64,000 nt of DNA from an uncultured Gammaproteobacteria bacterium (GCA_947258875.1 CAMYKB010000001.1:120037-184036); one strand, 5' to 3'. Positions 30,599 to 40,800 are shown, counted from the stretch's first letter. The notes: a model not told the origin generated them from the letters alone. Numbers and translations are program-made.

Positions 30599-30870
30599 GG
30601 TGTCGCTAACGCGACGATTATTATATGTGGGTATTCGCACCCACGGGCGAGGTACTTTTCTTTGCTTGTCCAAAGAAAAGTACCCAAAAGAAAAGACACC
30701 CGACGACTTGGCCCTACGGGCTACCCTGCGCTTCTCACGAAAATCGGCGTTCGCCCAACTCGCAGATCGCGATAAAGCCGCGCTCAGCTCAAACAGGGGG
30801 CTCACTTACCCCGATTTTCGCTGCGATGCTCGGCTACGTCGAACGGGACTAAAACCAAAGTCAAAATCGC
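30599..30870 (+). repeat. Left copy of a ~270-bp imperfect inverted repeat with a ~95-bp highly conserved structured core
   Basis: Core gtgtcgctaacgcgacgatt..gtgggtattcgcacccac..ggtacttttctttg...caaagaaaagtacc contains three palindromic hairpins. Its mate lies inverted at 32340..32612. Confidence 0.6.
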
Positions 30871-30881
30871 TTTTTTTATCT

Positions 30882-31199
30882 ATGCGCGGCATGATAAACG
30901 TTCCCACACATGTACAAAAAGATGAGGATCTCAAGCCGGGCGAGTATTACGAAGACTGCTCTTATCATCCTTGCTTATGCATATACGTGAAAGATGATGA
31001 AGTCTTAGGTGTTTCATTAGTTGATGGAACATATCCTAGAGGCTGCAGCGTGGATAATTGTGGGATTAGAAAACTAACTTATAGTGAAGCCATGCAGTGG
31101 AAATTTTATGGTCCACCAGATATAGCTATCGAACAGGAACATAGATGGTGGTCAGAAGACGACGATATTGCTCCATTATGTTGCTCAAAATTTGATTAG
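30882..31199 (+). CDS. Hypothetical Cys-rich small protein (about 105 aa), AT-rich gene
   Basis: ORF after the repeat; the N-terminal part of the tracked ORF 30597.. is repeat-encoded. Seven Cys (CSYHPCLC, GCSVDNCG, CC). Markedly lower GC than its surroundings. Confidence 0.4.
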   Translation: MRGMINVPTHVQKDEDLKPGEYYEDCSYHPCLCIYVKDDEVLGVSLVDGTYPRGCSVDNCGIRKLTYSEAMQWKFYGPPDIAIEQEHRWWSEDDDIAPLCCSKFD

Positions 31200-31330
31200 C
31201 ATATCAAACCTGTAGGCTGGAGTGAGGAGCGAACTCCAACACAAACCTCACACTTAATACCCAATCACGACGCTTCGCCATGCCTGTTACTTTCACCAGC
31301 GTCCTCACGAAGACCCAAAATCCCGCTCTA

Positions 31331-32137
31331 TTATTTTTTCTTTAAACTGCATAACAACAAAGGAAAATTTGGCTCTTTACTCTGAGACACAAGCCATTTA
31401 ATGTGTTTTTTTATATTGTTCAACTCATTAACCCCTAACCACTCCCAAAAATAGCTGGCCCTGTAAAACTCGAATATTTCATCTACGTCATTACCTACTA
31501 GCAACTCCATGGTTCGACTAGACAATAACTCCCAGTCATTAGCATCAAACAGCCTCGTCACATCCGTCTCTGAAGACAACGCTTCTTGAGGCTTTCCATC
31601 AAGAGTCGATAAGCGCCCTTTTGGTAATTTTGACCTAACAATTTTTGATAGTTGGGTGTAACCATTATTGGAGCTATCCATACCGCCGACAACAAAACTC
31701 AGAATTCCACCTTTTTTTAGGACTCTATGAATTTCATTTATCGCTCGCTCAATTGGTTCGAACAACATCAGCGCCATATGCATCGATACATGAGTAAATG
31801 ACTCATCACCCACGGGTAAAGCAAATACATTCCCATGCGTAAATACTGCTTTCGATTTTGAGTGATTCCTGGTTGCTTCCTCTATTTCATTTTTAGATAT
31901 ATCAATACCATGATAAGCAAGAAACGGAACACTAGCCTTTTCTAATGCAGCCAGGAAAAAACCCTCCCCGCATGCAACATCTAGTATTTGAGACTTGCCA
32001 TCCGCACTCTCCCTGATCAACTCAACCAGTTCCTCATAACTAGTTAATCCAGTTTCGGTATAGAACTTTGAAAAGCAGCGAAATGTCAGCCCGCTATTTT
32101 CATCATGCACACGTTCTAAATATTGGGTGAATTTCAT
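31331..32137 (-). CDS. Class I SAM-dependent methyltransferase (Methyltransf_11/25-like)
   Basis: Motif I ILDVACGEGFF and motif post-II KKGGILSF. AT-rich gene. Confidence 0.75.
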   Translation of the reverse strand: MKFTQYLERVHDENSGLTFRCFSKFYTETGLTSYEELVELIRESADGKSQILDVACGEGFFLAALEKASVPFLAYHGIDISKNEIEEATRNHSKSKAVFTHGNVFALPVGDESFTHVSMHMALMLFEPIERAINEIHRVLKKGGILSFVVGGMDSSNNGYTQLSKIVRSKLPKGRLSTLDGKPQEALSSETDVTRLFDANDWELLSSRTMELLVGNDVDEIFEFYRASYFWEWLGVNELNNIKKHIKWLVSQSKEPNFPLLLCSLKKK

Positions 32138-32188
32138 AGATATCACAAAATTATAAGGAGTACACGTAGGACCAAATAACGTTTTTCT

Positions 32189-32269
32189 CGTTCCCACGCT
32201 CCTGCGTGGGAACGCATATCAATGTATCGTTTAACCCAGGTATGGGTTCCCACGGGGACCGTGGGAACC
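32189..32269. repeat. Two REP-like palindromic units sharing the stem core gttcccacg (11-bp stems) in direct orientation
   Basis: cgttcccacgc-tcct-gcgtgggaacg (32189..32214) and ggttcccacgg-gga-ccgtgggaacc (32245..32269). Confidence 0.5.
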
Positions 32270-32339
32270 AGAAGCAATCAGTAATGATACCGAGATATGG
32301 ATATTTAGGTTTACCGCGCATAATGATGTGAGATTGGTT

Positions 32340-32612
32340 TTTTTTGATCTTTACCCCCTTAGGCGCGTGTCCGAGCATCGTAAAGTTTTGGCTGGGAGCC
32401 TGAAAGGGCGCGCGAGGGATCGCGCGCGTCGTTCGCCAGCACAGGGAAGTGCTGTCGAACGACCTCGGAGCCAAAACTGCGAAGCACAGTGGCCTTGAGC
32501 GGCTCCGGGGCGGCATTTTCTTTGGGTACTTTCTTTGCTGCTGTTGGCAAAGAAAGTACCTCGCCCGCGGGTGCGAATACCCGCATATAACAATCGTCGC
32601 GTTAGCGACACA
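32340..32612 (-). repeat. Right (inverted) copy of the ~270-bp repeat
   Basis: The reverse complement aligns to 30599..30870. The core is about 90% identical with compensatory changes in stems (gtgggt..acccac versus gcgggt..acccgc); the remainder is more diverged. Confidence 0.6.
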
Positions 32613-32719
32613 CTAAAAGCCACTAAAATATTATTCACTGGATACCCGCCTGCGCGGGTATGACGATTATTACTATCGGGTTACGCATCCACCCAGCCAA
32701 AAAATCAAACCCAGCAACC

Positions 32720-33202
32720 CTAGTGCAACATCTGCCCACTCGGCCTGCCCTCTGCAATCTCCTGCTGCGTCGCATCCCGCACATCAACCACATTTACGGT
32801 AAACACAATGGTTTTGCCAGCCAGGGGATGATTGCCGTCTACCGTGAGCTTACCGTCTTCGATTTTTGAGACGATGAAGGTCTTAACATCACCTGCATCA
32901 TTCTGAAACTCCACCTCGGCACCAATTTGATGGTATTGCTCCGGCACGTTGGCGATGTCGTCGGTAAACATCATTCCGGGATCCGGCTCGCCGAAGCCTT
33001 CTTCCGGCGACAGCAACACTTTGACCTCGTCGCCGGCGGTGCAACCCTCAAGCGCGGCCTCGATTTTCTCAAACATGCCACTATCTGCGCCATGGACATA
33101 GCTGATGGGCATATCGACCTGTTCTACAACCTCTCCGGTGGCCTCATTGTGGATACGATAGGTGAACTGGACGAACTTGTTTTTGCTGATCTGCTGCGAC
33201 AT
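32720..33202 (-). CDS. FKBP-type peptidyl-prolyl cis-trans isomerase, SlyD/SlpA family (no His-rich tail)
   Basis: FKBP domain with an inserted IF-flap (YRIHNEATGEVVEQ...LLSPEEGFGEPD...). 161 aa. Confidence 0.8.
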   Translation of the reverse strand: MSQQISKNKFVQFTYRIHNEATGEVVEQVDMPISYVHGADSGMFEKIEAALEGCTAGDEVKVLLSPEEGFGEPDPGMMFTDDIANVPEQYHQIGAEVEFQNDAGDVKTFIVSKIEDGKLTVDGNHPLAGKTIVFTVNVVDVRDATQQEIAEGRPSGQMLH

Positions 33203-33328
33203 GACGGCTCCGAATTGCTGAGCAACACATAATACCCTAGTCACAACACCTAAAAACAGACCGGGATGATCTGGCACACTGCAGCGATAGGAGTATCATA
33301 CGTGCCCTCGAAGCCACTAATACGGACT

Positions 33329-34066
33329 ATGCCATCACTCCTGCTCAGCCTGCCGATTGCCACCAGCATCTTCCAAAGCCTGGCGGCCCGTATTGTGGGA
33401 CTGTATGAGCAACAGCCTACACTTGCCCGCCACCGCACGGCGCCACCACAATTACTGGAAGGTATAGATCAGCTGCTGTCCATCGCCAGCCAGCTTGATA
33501 TGAGCCGTGATACTGCCGAGGCCGTGGCGCTCGAGGATGTAAGCCAGCTCGGGGAGTATGGTTTTAATCTCATTTCCGAACTTGAGGAATGGCTGAGTAA
33601 ACACGGTGACAAAGACGACCGGAAAGACATCAAGAAAATCGTGCTGGCAATCACTGACTGGGTGATCCGCCACGACGGCCAACTGCAGACACTGGAGCCG
33701 ATAATCGATGCCCTGGCCTTCGCCGCCAATAACACCAGCGATCCTGCCAAACTGACAGAACTCGCCGATTTCATGGGCAAGGTCGCCAACGCCTGCACCC
33801 CCGCTATCAAGAACGACCTGGAACAGACCAACCCTGGGCGGCCATGGCGAGTGTTACACCTCAATCAATGTATTACAGCCACCCGCACACATAACACCAA
33901 GCGGATGGAAGCGGCATATGATCAACTGGTAAAGACCTTGCCTCAGGATGCGCCGGCGTTTTTCGCCGAAGGCGTTCACGAAATGGATAAACTCGACTAT
34001 CCGCCACATGTCCGCGAGGTCGTGCAACGCTATTTTGACCGCTTTACGCGTCGCAGGATGAACTAG
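33329..34066 (+). CDS. Hypothetical protein (all-alpha, 245 aa)
   Basis: Long ORF with coding-like composition; no recognisable motif. Start chosen at MPSLLLSL; an alternative start is at 33266. Confidence 0.45.
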   Translation: MPSLLLSLPIATSIFQSLAARIVGLYEQQPTLARHRTAPPQLLEGIDQLLSIASQLDMSRDTAEAVALEDVSQLGEYGFNLISELEEWLSKHGDKDDRKDIKKIVLAITDWVIRHDGQLQTLEPIIDALAFAANNTSDPAKLTELADFMGKVANACTPAIKNDLEQTNPGRPWRVLHLNQCITATRTHNTKRMEAAYDQLVKTLPQDAPAFFAEGVHEMDKLDYPPHVREVVQRYFDRFTRRRMN

Positions 34067-34074
34067 GATGATAA

Positions 34075-34482
34075 ATGACTGACCAAATTGCCCGCGAATG
34101 GCTGGCACAGCACGCCGAGACCGCCAATAACCGGGACCATGCCGCTCACATGGCGATGATTTCTCAAAACGTAAAACTCTATGGGGTGCCTGATTTTGAT
34201 GTAATTGATTATGCAGGCTGGTCAGACCAGTGCCGGCATGAATTCAGTGAGGACCTCTTCAAACGAGTTTCATATAACGGCCTAAAAATGGTTGCTACAG
34301 CCGATCGTCGTGTCATGTTCAAAACCATCGAAAGGGTGGAAGGAACAGACGGCAGCATCAATCAGCACGGATTGGAAATCATTGTAGAACAGGAAGATGA
34401 CGGTATCTGGCGAGTTACCCAGGAACGTATCCTCACGGATGAAGAAACCGCGCACGATGACATTGCGTCTCACACACTCTGA
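34075..34482 (+). CDS. SnoaL/NTF2-like fold protein
   Basis: N-terminal AREWLAQHAETANNRDHAAHMAMISQNV resembles the SnoaL-like domain start. 135 aa. Confidence 0.45.
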   Translation: MTDQIAREWLAQHAETANNRDHAAHMAMISQNVKLYGVPDFDVIDYAGWSDQCRHEFSEDLFKRVSYNGLKMVATADRRVMFKTIERVEGTDGSINQHGLEIIVEQEDDGIWRVTQERILTDEETAHDDIASHTL

Positions 34483-34582
34483 ACCACGCTTTAATTTACA
34501 TTTGTTTACATGACGTAACACCAACAATGCGCCGTGACAGTGTAGAGTACGCGCATTCTCATCAAACCAACAATAAGGCCGT

Positions 34583-34666
34583 CATGGAAAACGCACTCAA
34601 CCAACTGCTACTCAGCGGGCTAGTCCTCGCCCTGCCAGTACTGACTTTCGTAGCCCTTTTTTCCTA
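34583..34666 (+). CDS. Possible 27-aa hydrophobic micro-protein (MENALNQLLLSGLVLALPVLTFVALFS)
   Basis: Short ORF with an AAGG RBS 7 nt upstream and a single predicted TM helix. Below the ORF-track size cutoff. Confidence 0.2.
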
Positions 34667-34848
34667 GAAGCTATCTTAAGAATACCTCTCGCTCGCCAAT
34701 AGGCTGTTGCAAATTGCACTGCGCATTGGCTAGGCCATAAACAAGACTGTATATTGCAGACATATTCGACAGGCCCTTATGCGCCTGCATCTTGTGCTTG
34801 AGCCAGGCCCGCTACAAACCCGTAACCTCAGCAGTCATGCGCAGATAT

Positions 34849-35184
34849 TTAATCAGCGCTTCTGGCCGGCATGATTTTGCCGAATACCGAGCTTGTCTGA
34901 AGCTCGATCACAATCGTTTCATGCAGCGGTATCTCGCCGGCCTTGATATGTGGCAGCAACTGCTCTGACACCTGCGTGATGATCAGCATACCCTGCCGAT
35001 CCTTATCTTTTTCATCCAGCCCGGCAGTATCCTTGCGCAATTGCATAATATAGTTGTGCAGCGTTTCTGCCTGCTCATCGACTGATAACGCCTTATAGGC
35101 GTCAGTGAAATCCAGGTGCAATTCGCTGCCCGAGAAATCCTCTTTCTCGACCACTCCGAACTTAAACGGCCCTTCGATTAGCAT
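34849..35184 (-). CDS. Hypothetical protein (about 111 aa)
   Basis: ORF starting MLIEGPFKFGVVEKEDF...; no family recognised. Confidence 0.4.
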   Translation of the reverse strand: MLIEGPFKFGVVEKEDFSGSELHLDFTDAYKALSVDEQAETLHNYIMQLRKDTAGLDEKDKDRQGMLIITQVSEQLLPHIKAGEIPLHETIVIELQTSSVFGKIMPARSAD

Positions 35185-35432
35185 AATTCTACTCCGTATT
35201 GTTTGTAATTTCCCGGCGCAACCGCTATTGCTGGCTCCATACCAGGCTGACGAAAAAGCCTCAGGCAAGTGCGCGGCAAGGCAAAAATCGGCAAAAAAGC
35301 GCGGTTTTGCACAAGGAAGCGCTTATGTCGTGGAGCCCAAGGATGGGCGGCAACGACGTCACGTCAGAACATAAGCATTTTGAACCGATTTTTATCGCAG
35401 GATCGTGCCGCCTGAGGCTTTTCAACAGCTCG

Positions 35433-36068
35433 CTAGTCCTTGTAAATGGGTGTAATGGATACTTCATCACCGGGTTTAATGTCTTCGTCCAGGCTGGCAA
35501 ACTGCTTATTGACGGTGATTGTAACCCGGCCCTCTTGCAGGACCTGCTTCCATTCACTCCCGCGATCGCGCAACAGCGCCAGCAAATCAACGACCTGGCA
35601 CGCAGCGCCGGACAGTTCCAGTGTTTCCTGTTGCAGTCCTAACGCCTCGCCCAGAGTCGCAAAATAGATAACATTCACATTAAATGCGGCGCCGGCATCA
35701 GTACCGCCGCCTACCGCAACTATATCCTTATATTCCCGCCAGTTTTTTTCCCTGTTAACACCGAGCTCATGCAGGGTCTTCCAGGAATAGACACCGGTAT
35801 CATGGCCGTCACTAAAATACAGCCGTACCGCATAATTACCGGCGGGCTCAATACGTTCAATGTTAACATCCTGCTTACCGGTTACCCAATCGTTGTTAGC
35901 ACGCGCAACCTTAACTTCGGCTGCCGGCGAAAAAACCCGCAGATACTCACAGGGTAGTTCATGTTGCACGCCACCATAAAAAGCAACCTTGAGTACACGC
36001 GAATGTCGATCGAGATTAATCTCGGTCGGTACCAGCGTTGAGCTATTATTGGTCATTGCAAAAAACAT
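35433..36068 (-). CDS. Fusion protein: DUF971 (gamma-butyrobetaine hydroxylase-like N-terminal domain) + MoaD/ThiS-like beta-grasp domain lacking the C-terminal Gly-Gly
   Basis: N-terminal half (LKVAFYGGVQHELPCEYLRVFSPAAEV...AVRLYFSDGHDTGVYSWKTLHELG) is typical DUF971. C-terminal half (VNVIYFATLGEALG..ETLEL..VVDLLALLRDRG..W.QVLQEGRVTITVNKQFASLDEDIKPGDEVSITPIYKD) matches MoaD but ends in YKD rather than GG. Confidence 0.55.
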   Translation of the reverse strand: MFFAMTNNSSTLVPTEINLDRHSRVLKVAFYGGVQHELPCEYLRVFSPAAEVKVARANNDWVTGKQDVNIERIEPAGNYAVRLYFSDGHDTGVYSWKTLHELGVNREKNWREYKDIVAVGGGTDAGAAFNVNVIYFATLGEALGLQQETLELSGAACQVVDLLALLRDRGSEWKQVLQEGRVTITVNKQFASLDEDIKPGDEVSITPIYKD

Positions 36069-36247
36069 CCGACGCAGTGGCTATCAAGACGCCAATCTTA
36101 CCCGATTAACCTGACAATCAATCAGACGCTATTGAATTTTCAGGGCAGCTCTGGCTAATCCTAATCAGAGGTTCCTTAGCATTATACAGTGAGACGCGCG
36201 CACGAACCACGCGATAGCGGGGTTACCATGAATCTATTCTTGAATTG

Positions 36248-36757
36248 CTAGACGAATTTGTATCGTTCAAACGAAATGTGATCAATGGAGTTATTTTCCT
36301 CTACCTGGCGACTCATCCTGCGTATCATCATACGGGTAGGGGTAACATCACGAATCACCAGAATTACTCCCACCAGTTTGGTGTATTCACTATAGATCGG
36401 TTTCGCCGTACCGGCCACCGGAGTACGGTTGCCGAATCGGTCGATCAGGACATCAAGATTACCAAGACTGATGATTGTCTTCGCTTGCAGGCAGGCTGCT
36501 ACAGGATCGGGGCTGTGAAGACCGGTTTCCTCGTCAACCAGGACCAGCATTTCATGCAGGGAATGTTTGGCGGAGTCATCTGTAACGAAGCCAGTAAGTT
36601 GCCTGGCTGCTGAATTGGCGTATCGCAGCTTGCCGTTATTGTCCGTTACAAAAACCGCCTCATGCGGCGTATCAAAACGATAGTGCGCAAACTCACTGGA
36701 ATTAAAGAACGCCTCCAGTTCTTTGCAATTATCTAAGTACCCCAGTTGCTGAACCAT
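36248..36757 (-). CDS. Stand-alone PAS-domain sensor protein
   Basis: PAS-like core (FVTDNNGKLRYANSAARQLTGF...VILVIRDVT). Confidence 0.6.
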   Translation of the reverse strand: MVQQLGYLDNCKELEAFFNSSEFAHYRFDTPHEAVFVTDNNGKLRYANSAARQLTGFVTDDSAKHSLHEMLVLVDEETGLHSPDPVAACLQAKTIISLGNLDVLIDRFGNRTPVAGTAKPIYSEYTKLVGVILVIRDVTPTRMMIRRMSRQVEENNSIDHISFERYKFV

Positions 36758-37253
36758 AGTGACACCCCCTCGGACTATCAAGATGAGAGATCAACATCCA
36801 CTGTAGGGTACATATTCAATGTGCTCCTGCACATCTCAGTGCACAGGTATAACTCAATCGGAGCTAAATGAACAATCGGCAAGGCATGTTGCAAAAAAAC
36901 ACCCTCTGTTGTATGAGCTCAATTTTGCAAATGAAAACAGCTGTTTAAAATTTTTTTGGAAGAAACTTCCCAAATCCTATGAGGTAAATTTTCCGATAAA
37001 CGGTTGCAAGAAGCAGCATATCAATTCACCAAACTAGAATTGCATACGGCACGATTGTGGTGTCATTTTTTTGTCACTTACTAATAGTAGAGGATAAAAA
37101 ACTAACGTGATTGCTTGCGTATTTCAAATCTGAAAATCACGAGCAGGTTTTCGAACGCTGGTCTAAAACCGACCCCGACAAAGACCTCGCGCGTCAAGAG
37201 AATGTCCAAGCGCATAAAGGCGCGGCGCGCCACACGCATTACTGATATGATTC

Positions 37254-37877
37254 CTAGACTCTGTCCAGGCTGTAAACACCACAGGCTATCGCCATAGCGA
37301 CAAGTTCACTCAGTGATCCCGCTCCCATTTTTTCCATAACGCGGGCGCGATGCACTTCAATAGTACGCGGGCTTAGATTCAGCGCATCGGCTATCTCGCG
37401 GCTGGACTTACCCTCGATAACCAGCGCCATCACCTGTTGCTCACGCGGAGTGAGCTGACCATAAGCGAGGCCAATATCTTCAACCTCAGCCTCTTGTCTT
37501 CTCAATTCCACGTCCTTGGCAAGCGCTTCGCTAACCCTGTCAAGAAAAGCCTGATCATCAAATGGCTTTTCAAAGAAGTCTTCAGCACCACCCTTTAATG
37601 CCTTAACCGACATCGGTACATCGCCGTGCCCGGTGATAAAGATAATCGGAATCCGTATTAGCCTTTCAACAAGCGTTTCCTGCAACTCCAGTCCGGTCAT
37701 ATCAGGCATTTTAACATCCAGCACCAGGCAACCCGGTTGCTGGCGTTTGTAGGCTTCCAGAAATGCATCCGCCGAAGCATAGCTTTTGACATTATGACCC
37801 ACCGATTCCAGCAATAACTCAAGCGCGCTGCGCACGGCAGCGTCATCGTCTACAACATACACCGTGGACTCGTTCAT
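37254..37877 (-). CDS. FixJ/NarL-family response regulator (REC + LuxR-type HTH)
   Basis: Receiver Asp (LVLDVKMPDMTG) and a C-terminal LuxR HTH (LTPREQQVMALVIEGKSSREIADALNLSPRTIEVHRARVMEKM). Confidence 0.85.
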   Translation of the reverse strand: MNESTVYVVDDDAAVRSALELLLESVGHNVKSYASADAFLEAYKRQQPGCLVLDVKMPDMTGLELQETLVERLIRIPIIFITGHGDVPMSVKALKGGAEDFFEKPFDDQAFLDRVSEALAKDVELRRQEAEVEDIGLAYGQLTPREQQVMALVIEGKSSREIADALNLSPRTIEVHRARVMEKMGAGSLSELVAMAIACGVYSLDRV

Positions 37878-37882
37878 ATTTA

Positions 37883-40800
37883 TCAGTTATTTGAAGCCAG
37901 AGGCAGCGTGAAATGGAATGCTGCGCCACCCACAGAAGTCTGTAGGGCCCACAAGCAGCCACTGTGCGCATCTATAATTGATCGGCTGATGGATAAGCCC
38001 ATCCCCATACCTTCGGATTTCGTTGTGTAAAATGGATCGAAAATTTTGCCATCATGTTCAGCATCCAGTCCCACGCCCGTATCTTCGACAGTCACCTGGA
38101 CAAGACCATCGCTATTTAGGTGCGTGCTAATTTTAATTTCACCACTTTCAGCTCCGTACATATGTATTGATTCAACACCATTGCGTATCAGATTTAGCAA
38201 TACCTGCTCGATCTGGATGCTGTCTGCCAACACCGGCAGTAGATCCTGCTGAAAATACAGTTGCAAACTAACATGACTCTTGCGCATATCAGCTGCCGCA
38301 AACTCGACAGTATCCTGGACAATATCGTTAACATTTACGAGTGTTTTCTGTGACTCTTGTTTACGCACAAAATCGCGGATGCGGCGGATGATATCACCGG
38401 CACGTTTTGACTGTGCTGATGTTTGCTTAAGTGCGTTGAGCAGCTTGTCGTTATTTACATTACCCGAATTAATCATCCGCAAACAGGCGTCACTATAGCT
38501 TGCAATCGCTGCCAGCGGCTGGTTTATTTCATGCGCCAGACCAGTAGCCATCTCTCCCATGGTACTGAGGCGTGCAACGTGAGCCAGCTCTGCCTGATGC
38601 AGTCTCACCTGCTCCTCAGCACTCCGATGTTCCGTAATGTCGGCCACGATTTCATAATAGCCACGAACTTCAGCTTCAGCACCGATGTCTGGAATATAGT
38701 CTGCGTGCACATAGCGTATTCCCGAACCACTAAAGTTGATTTGTTTTTCGTAACTAACCGTTTCCCCGGCGAGCGCAGACTCTATTTGATCGCGGATACT
38801 GTCATAGGCTTCATCGCCCAGCACTTCACGGACATGCCGCCCGATAATGTTAAATTGAGGATAGCCAAACCATTGTTCATACGCCTTATTATTGAAACGG
38901 TAACGCTGTTCCTTATCCACATACGAGATCAACGCCGGTAAGGCATCGGTCACCAGGCGCAACTGCTGCTCACTCTTGCGTAATGCCTCCTGCGCCTGTT
39001 TTGATTCCGTCACATCACTAATTACAGCAAAACTACCACGCGGCCTGCCATCCTCGCCAATTAGAAGCTGCGGTGAAATTTCCAGGTGGATGTTGACACC
39101 ATCAGGTCGCAAGAAATTGGTTTCATATGAATTCACCTCTTCGCCCTTTAGTTTGCGTTTAAGTAAATCCGGACATAAACAATTTTGTAGGTTCCTGGCC
39201 CGCTCCTTTACAGGGTGACCAATAATCTGCTGGCGCGCATAACCGGTGATCTCACAAAAGCGGTCATTCACATAGCGCAGAATCCCATGCTGATCCTGGA
39301 TGCCCAGCCCCTCATTCATGGTATCGATCAGTACCCGATAGCGTCGCTCACTGGCACGCAGCGCTGTCTCTGCTTCGCCATGCTCCAACTCCAGCGCGAT
39401 GCGTTTACCGAATATACCCAGTATAAAATCCGACCATGGACGTGTCGCCATCGGTTTGGTATCCATCACGACAACCAGTCCGACAATCTCTCCCGCTGAT
39501 GAGACCAACGGCGCACCAAAATAACTTTTTACGCCTAACTCCTCCAACACTTTATCCTGCGGGAAGCGCTCATGAGCCTTGTCCGCTATCAGGACACGTT
39601 TGTCCCTGAACACATTCTGACATGGCGTTCCTTCCAGATGGTACTCAAAATTATCCACGATCTCACCATTGCCTGATACCGCCAGTGTGCGTATCGATTT
39701 ACGTGTATGATCGGCGAATACACCAACGAAGGCATAAGGCGCATTGAATGAACGGGCAAGATTATTGACAGCGATGTTATAAAAATCATCACCCGAGAAT
39801 TGATAAGCGGATTCTGCCAACGCACTGAGTGCGGACTCCATCATTTTGCGATCGGTGATATCGTGCCATACAGCGATCACGCCCACCACCTCTCCGGCAG
39901 CTGCCCGGTGCGGCATTCGCGTAACATGGAATGTATGCATTGCACCATCGACGAGCTGCTGTTGTTCGACGCTGACGGCTTCACGCGTTTCGATTACCTG
40001 CTCCTCAGCATTCCTTGCCATAGCCGCCGCGTCTTGCTGCATAAAATCCTCATCGCTTTTTCCAGCCAAGGCATCACCGCTAACGCCTAGCATACGCTCA
40101 CAAGCCACATTCATCATAATGTAACGGCCCGCCAGGTCTTTCAACGCCAAGGCATCCTGCATACCATGAATCACCGAATTGAGTGAGGCATGGCTCTGTA
40201 GCACATCCTCCTCGGCACTTAACCTGCGCTTCTCTTGCTGGCGTATCAACCACAACGTAAACAGGCTCGTTAACAGGAAGCCGACAAACAGTACCAATGC
40301 CTGTAACCAACTTGAACGCCGTATGCCGTGATAAATATCTTCTCCCGGAATATCGGCCAACTGCCATAACGCGCCATGTATGGCTTCTGAATGTGAAATG
40401 GACGCAAGTTCCCTTTCATTGAGGAGGAACTCACGCTGCATCTTGTCTCGTGACCCTTGCGCACTGATTTCCACCAGGCCCGTACGCTCGCTGTTTAACA
40501 GTAGGAAGTCATGTCCTGCGATCTGCCTATTGGCCAGAATACCGGCTACGATGTCCGGCGGAAAACTCAGAAAAAATACGCCCTGATCACCGTTTGCTTG
40601 CAGCCACGGCACCATAATATCGATGTGGTAAGCGAGCGGGTTGGGGTGGACATAGACAGACTGCTCATATTCCTGCGCAACAAATCTACGAATATCATGC
40701 AGACAAACTTCTTCGATAATATTCTCGAAATCATCCAGATAAACCTCGCCTTTATCATCCGCGATGCTGAATGCGAGATAATCGGGGAAATAGCGCCTGA

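Larger units (their letters stand above)
30599..32612. mobile_element. Putative non-autonomous inverted-repeat-bounded cassette (AT-rich cargo: Cys-rich ORF plus methyltransferase), no transposase
   Basis: Terminal inverted repeats of about 270 bp and a compositional shift of the cargo. Inserted 4 bp after the cbbQ stop. Confidence 0.4.

Noticed and set aside
30625-30852. 75-aa ORFs encoded inside both copies of the inverted repeat (30625..30852 plus strand; 32359..32586 minus strand) with similar N-termini
   Set aside because: Similarity is confined to the conserved ~95-bp repeat core and then decays immediately. Substitutions in the core are compensatory in stems, which points to a structured nucleic-acid element rather than a protein.
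32189-32269. Possible mini CRISPR array
   Set aside because: There are only two units. They are internally palindromic with different loops, there is no regular spacer periodicity and no cas genes. They were classed as REP-like hairpins.
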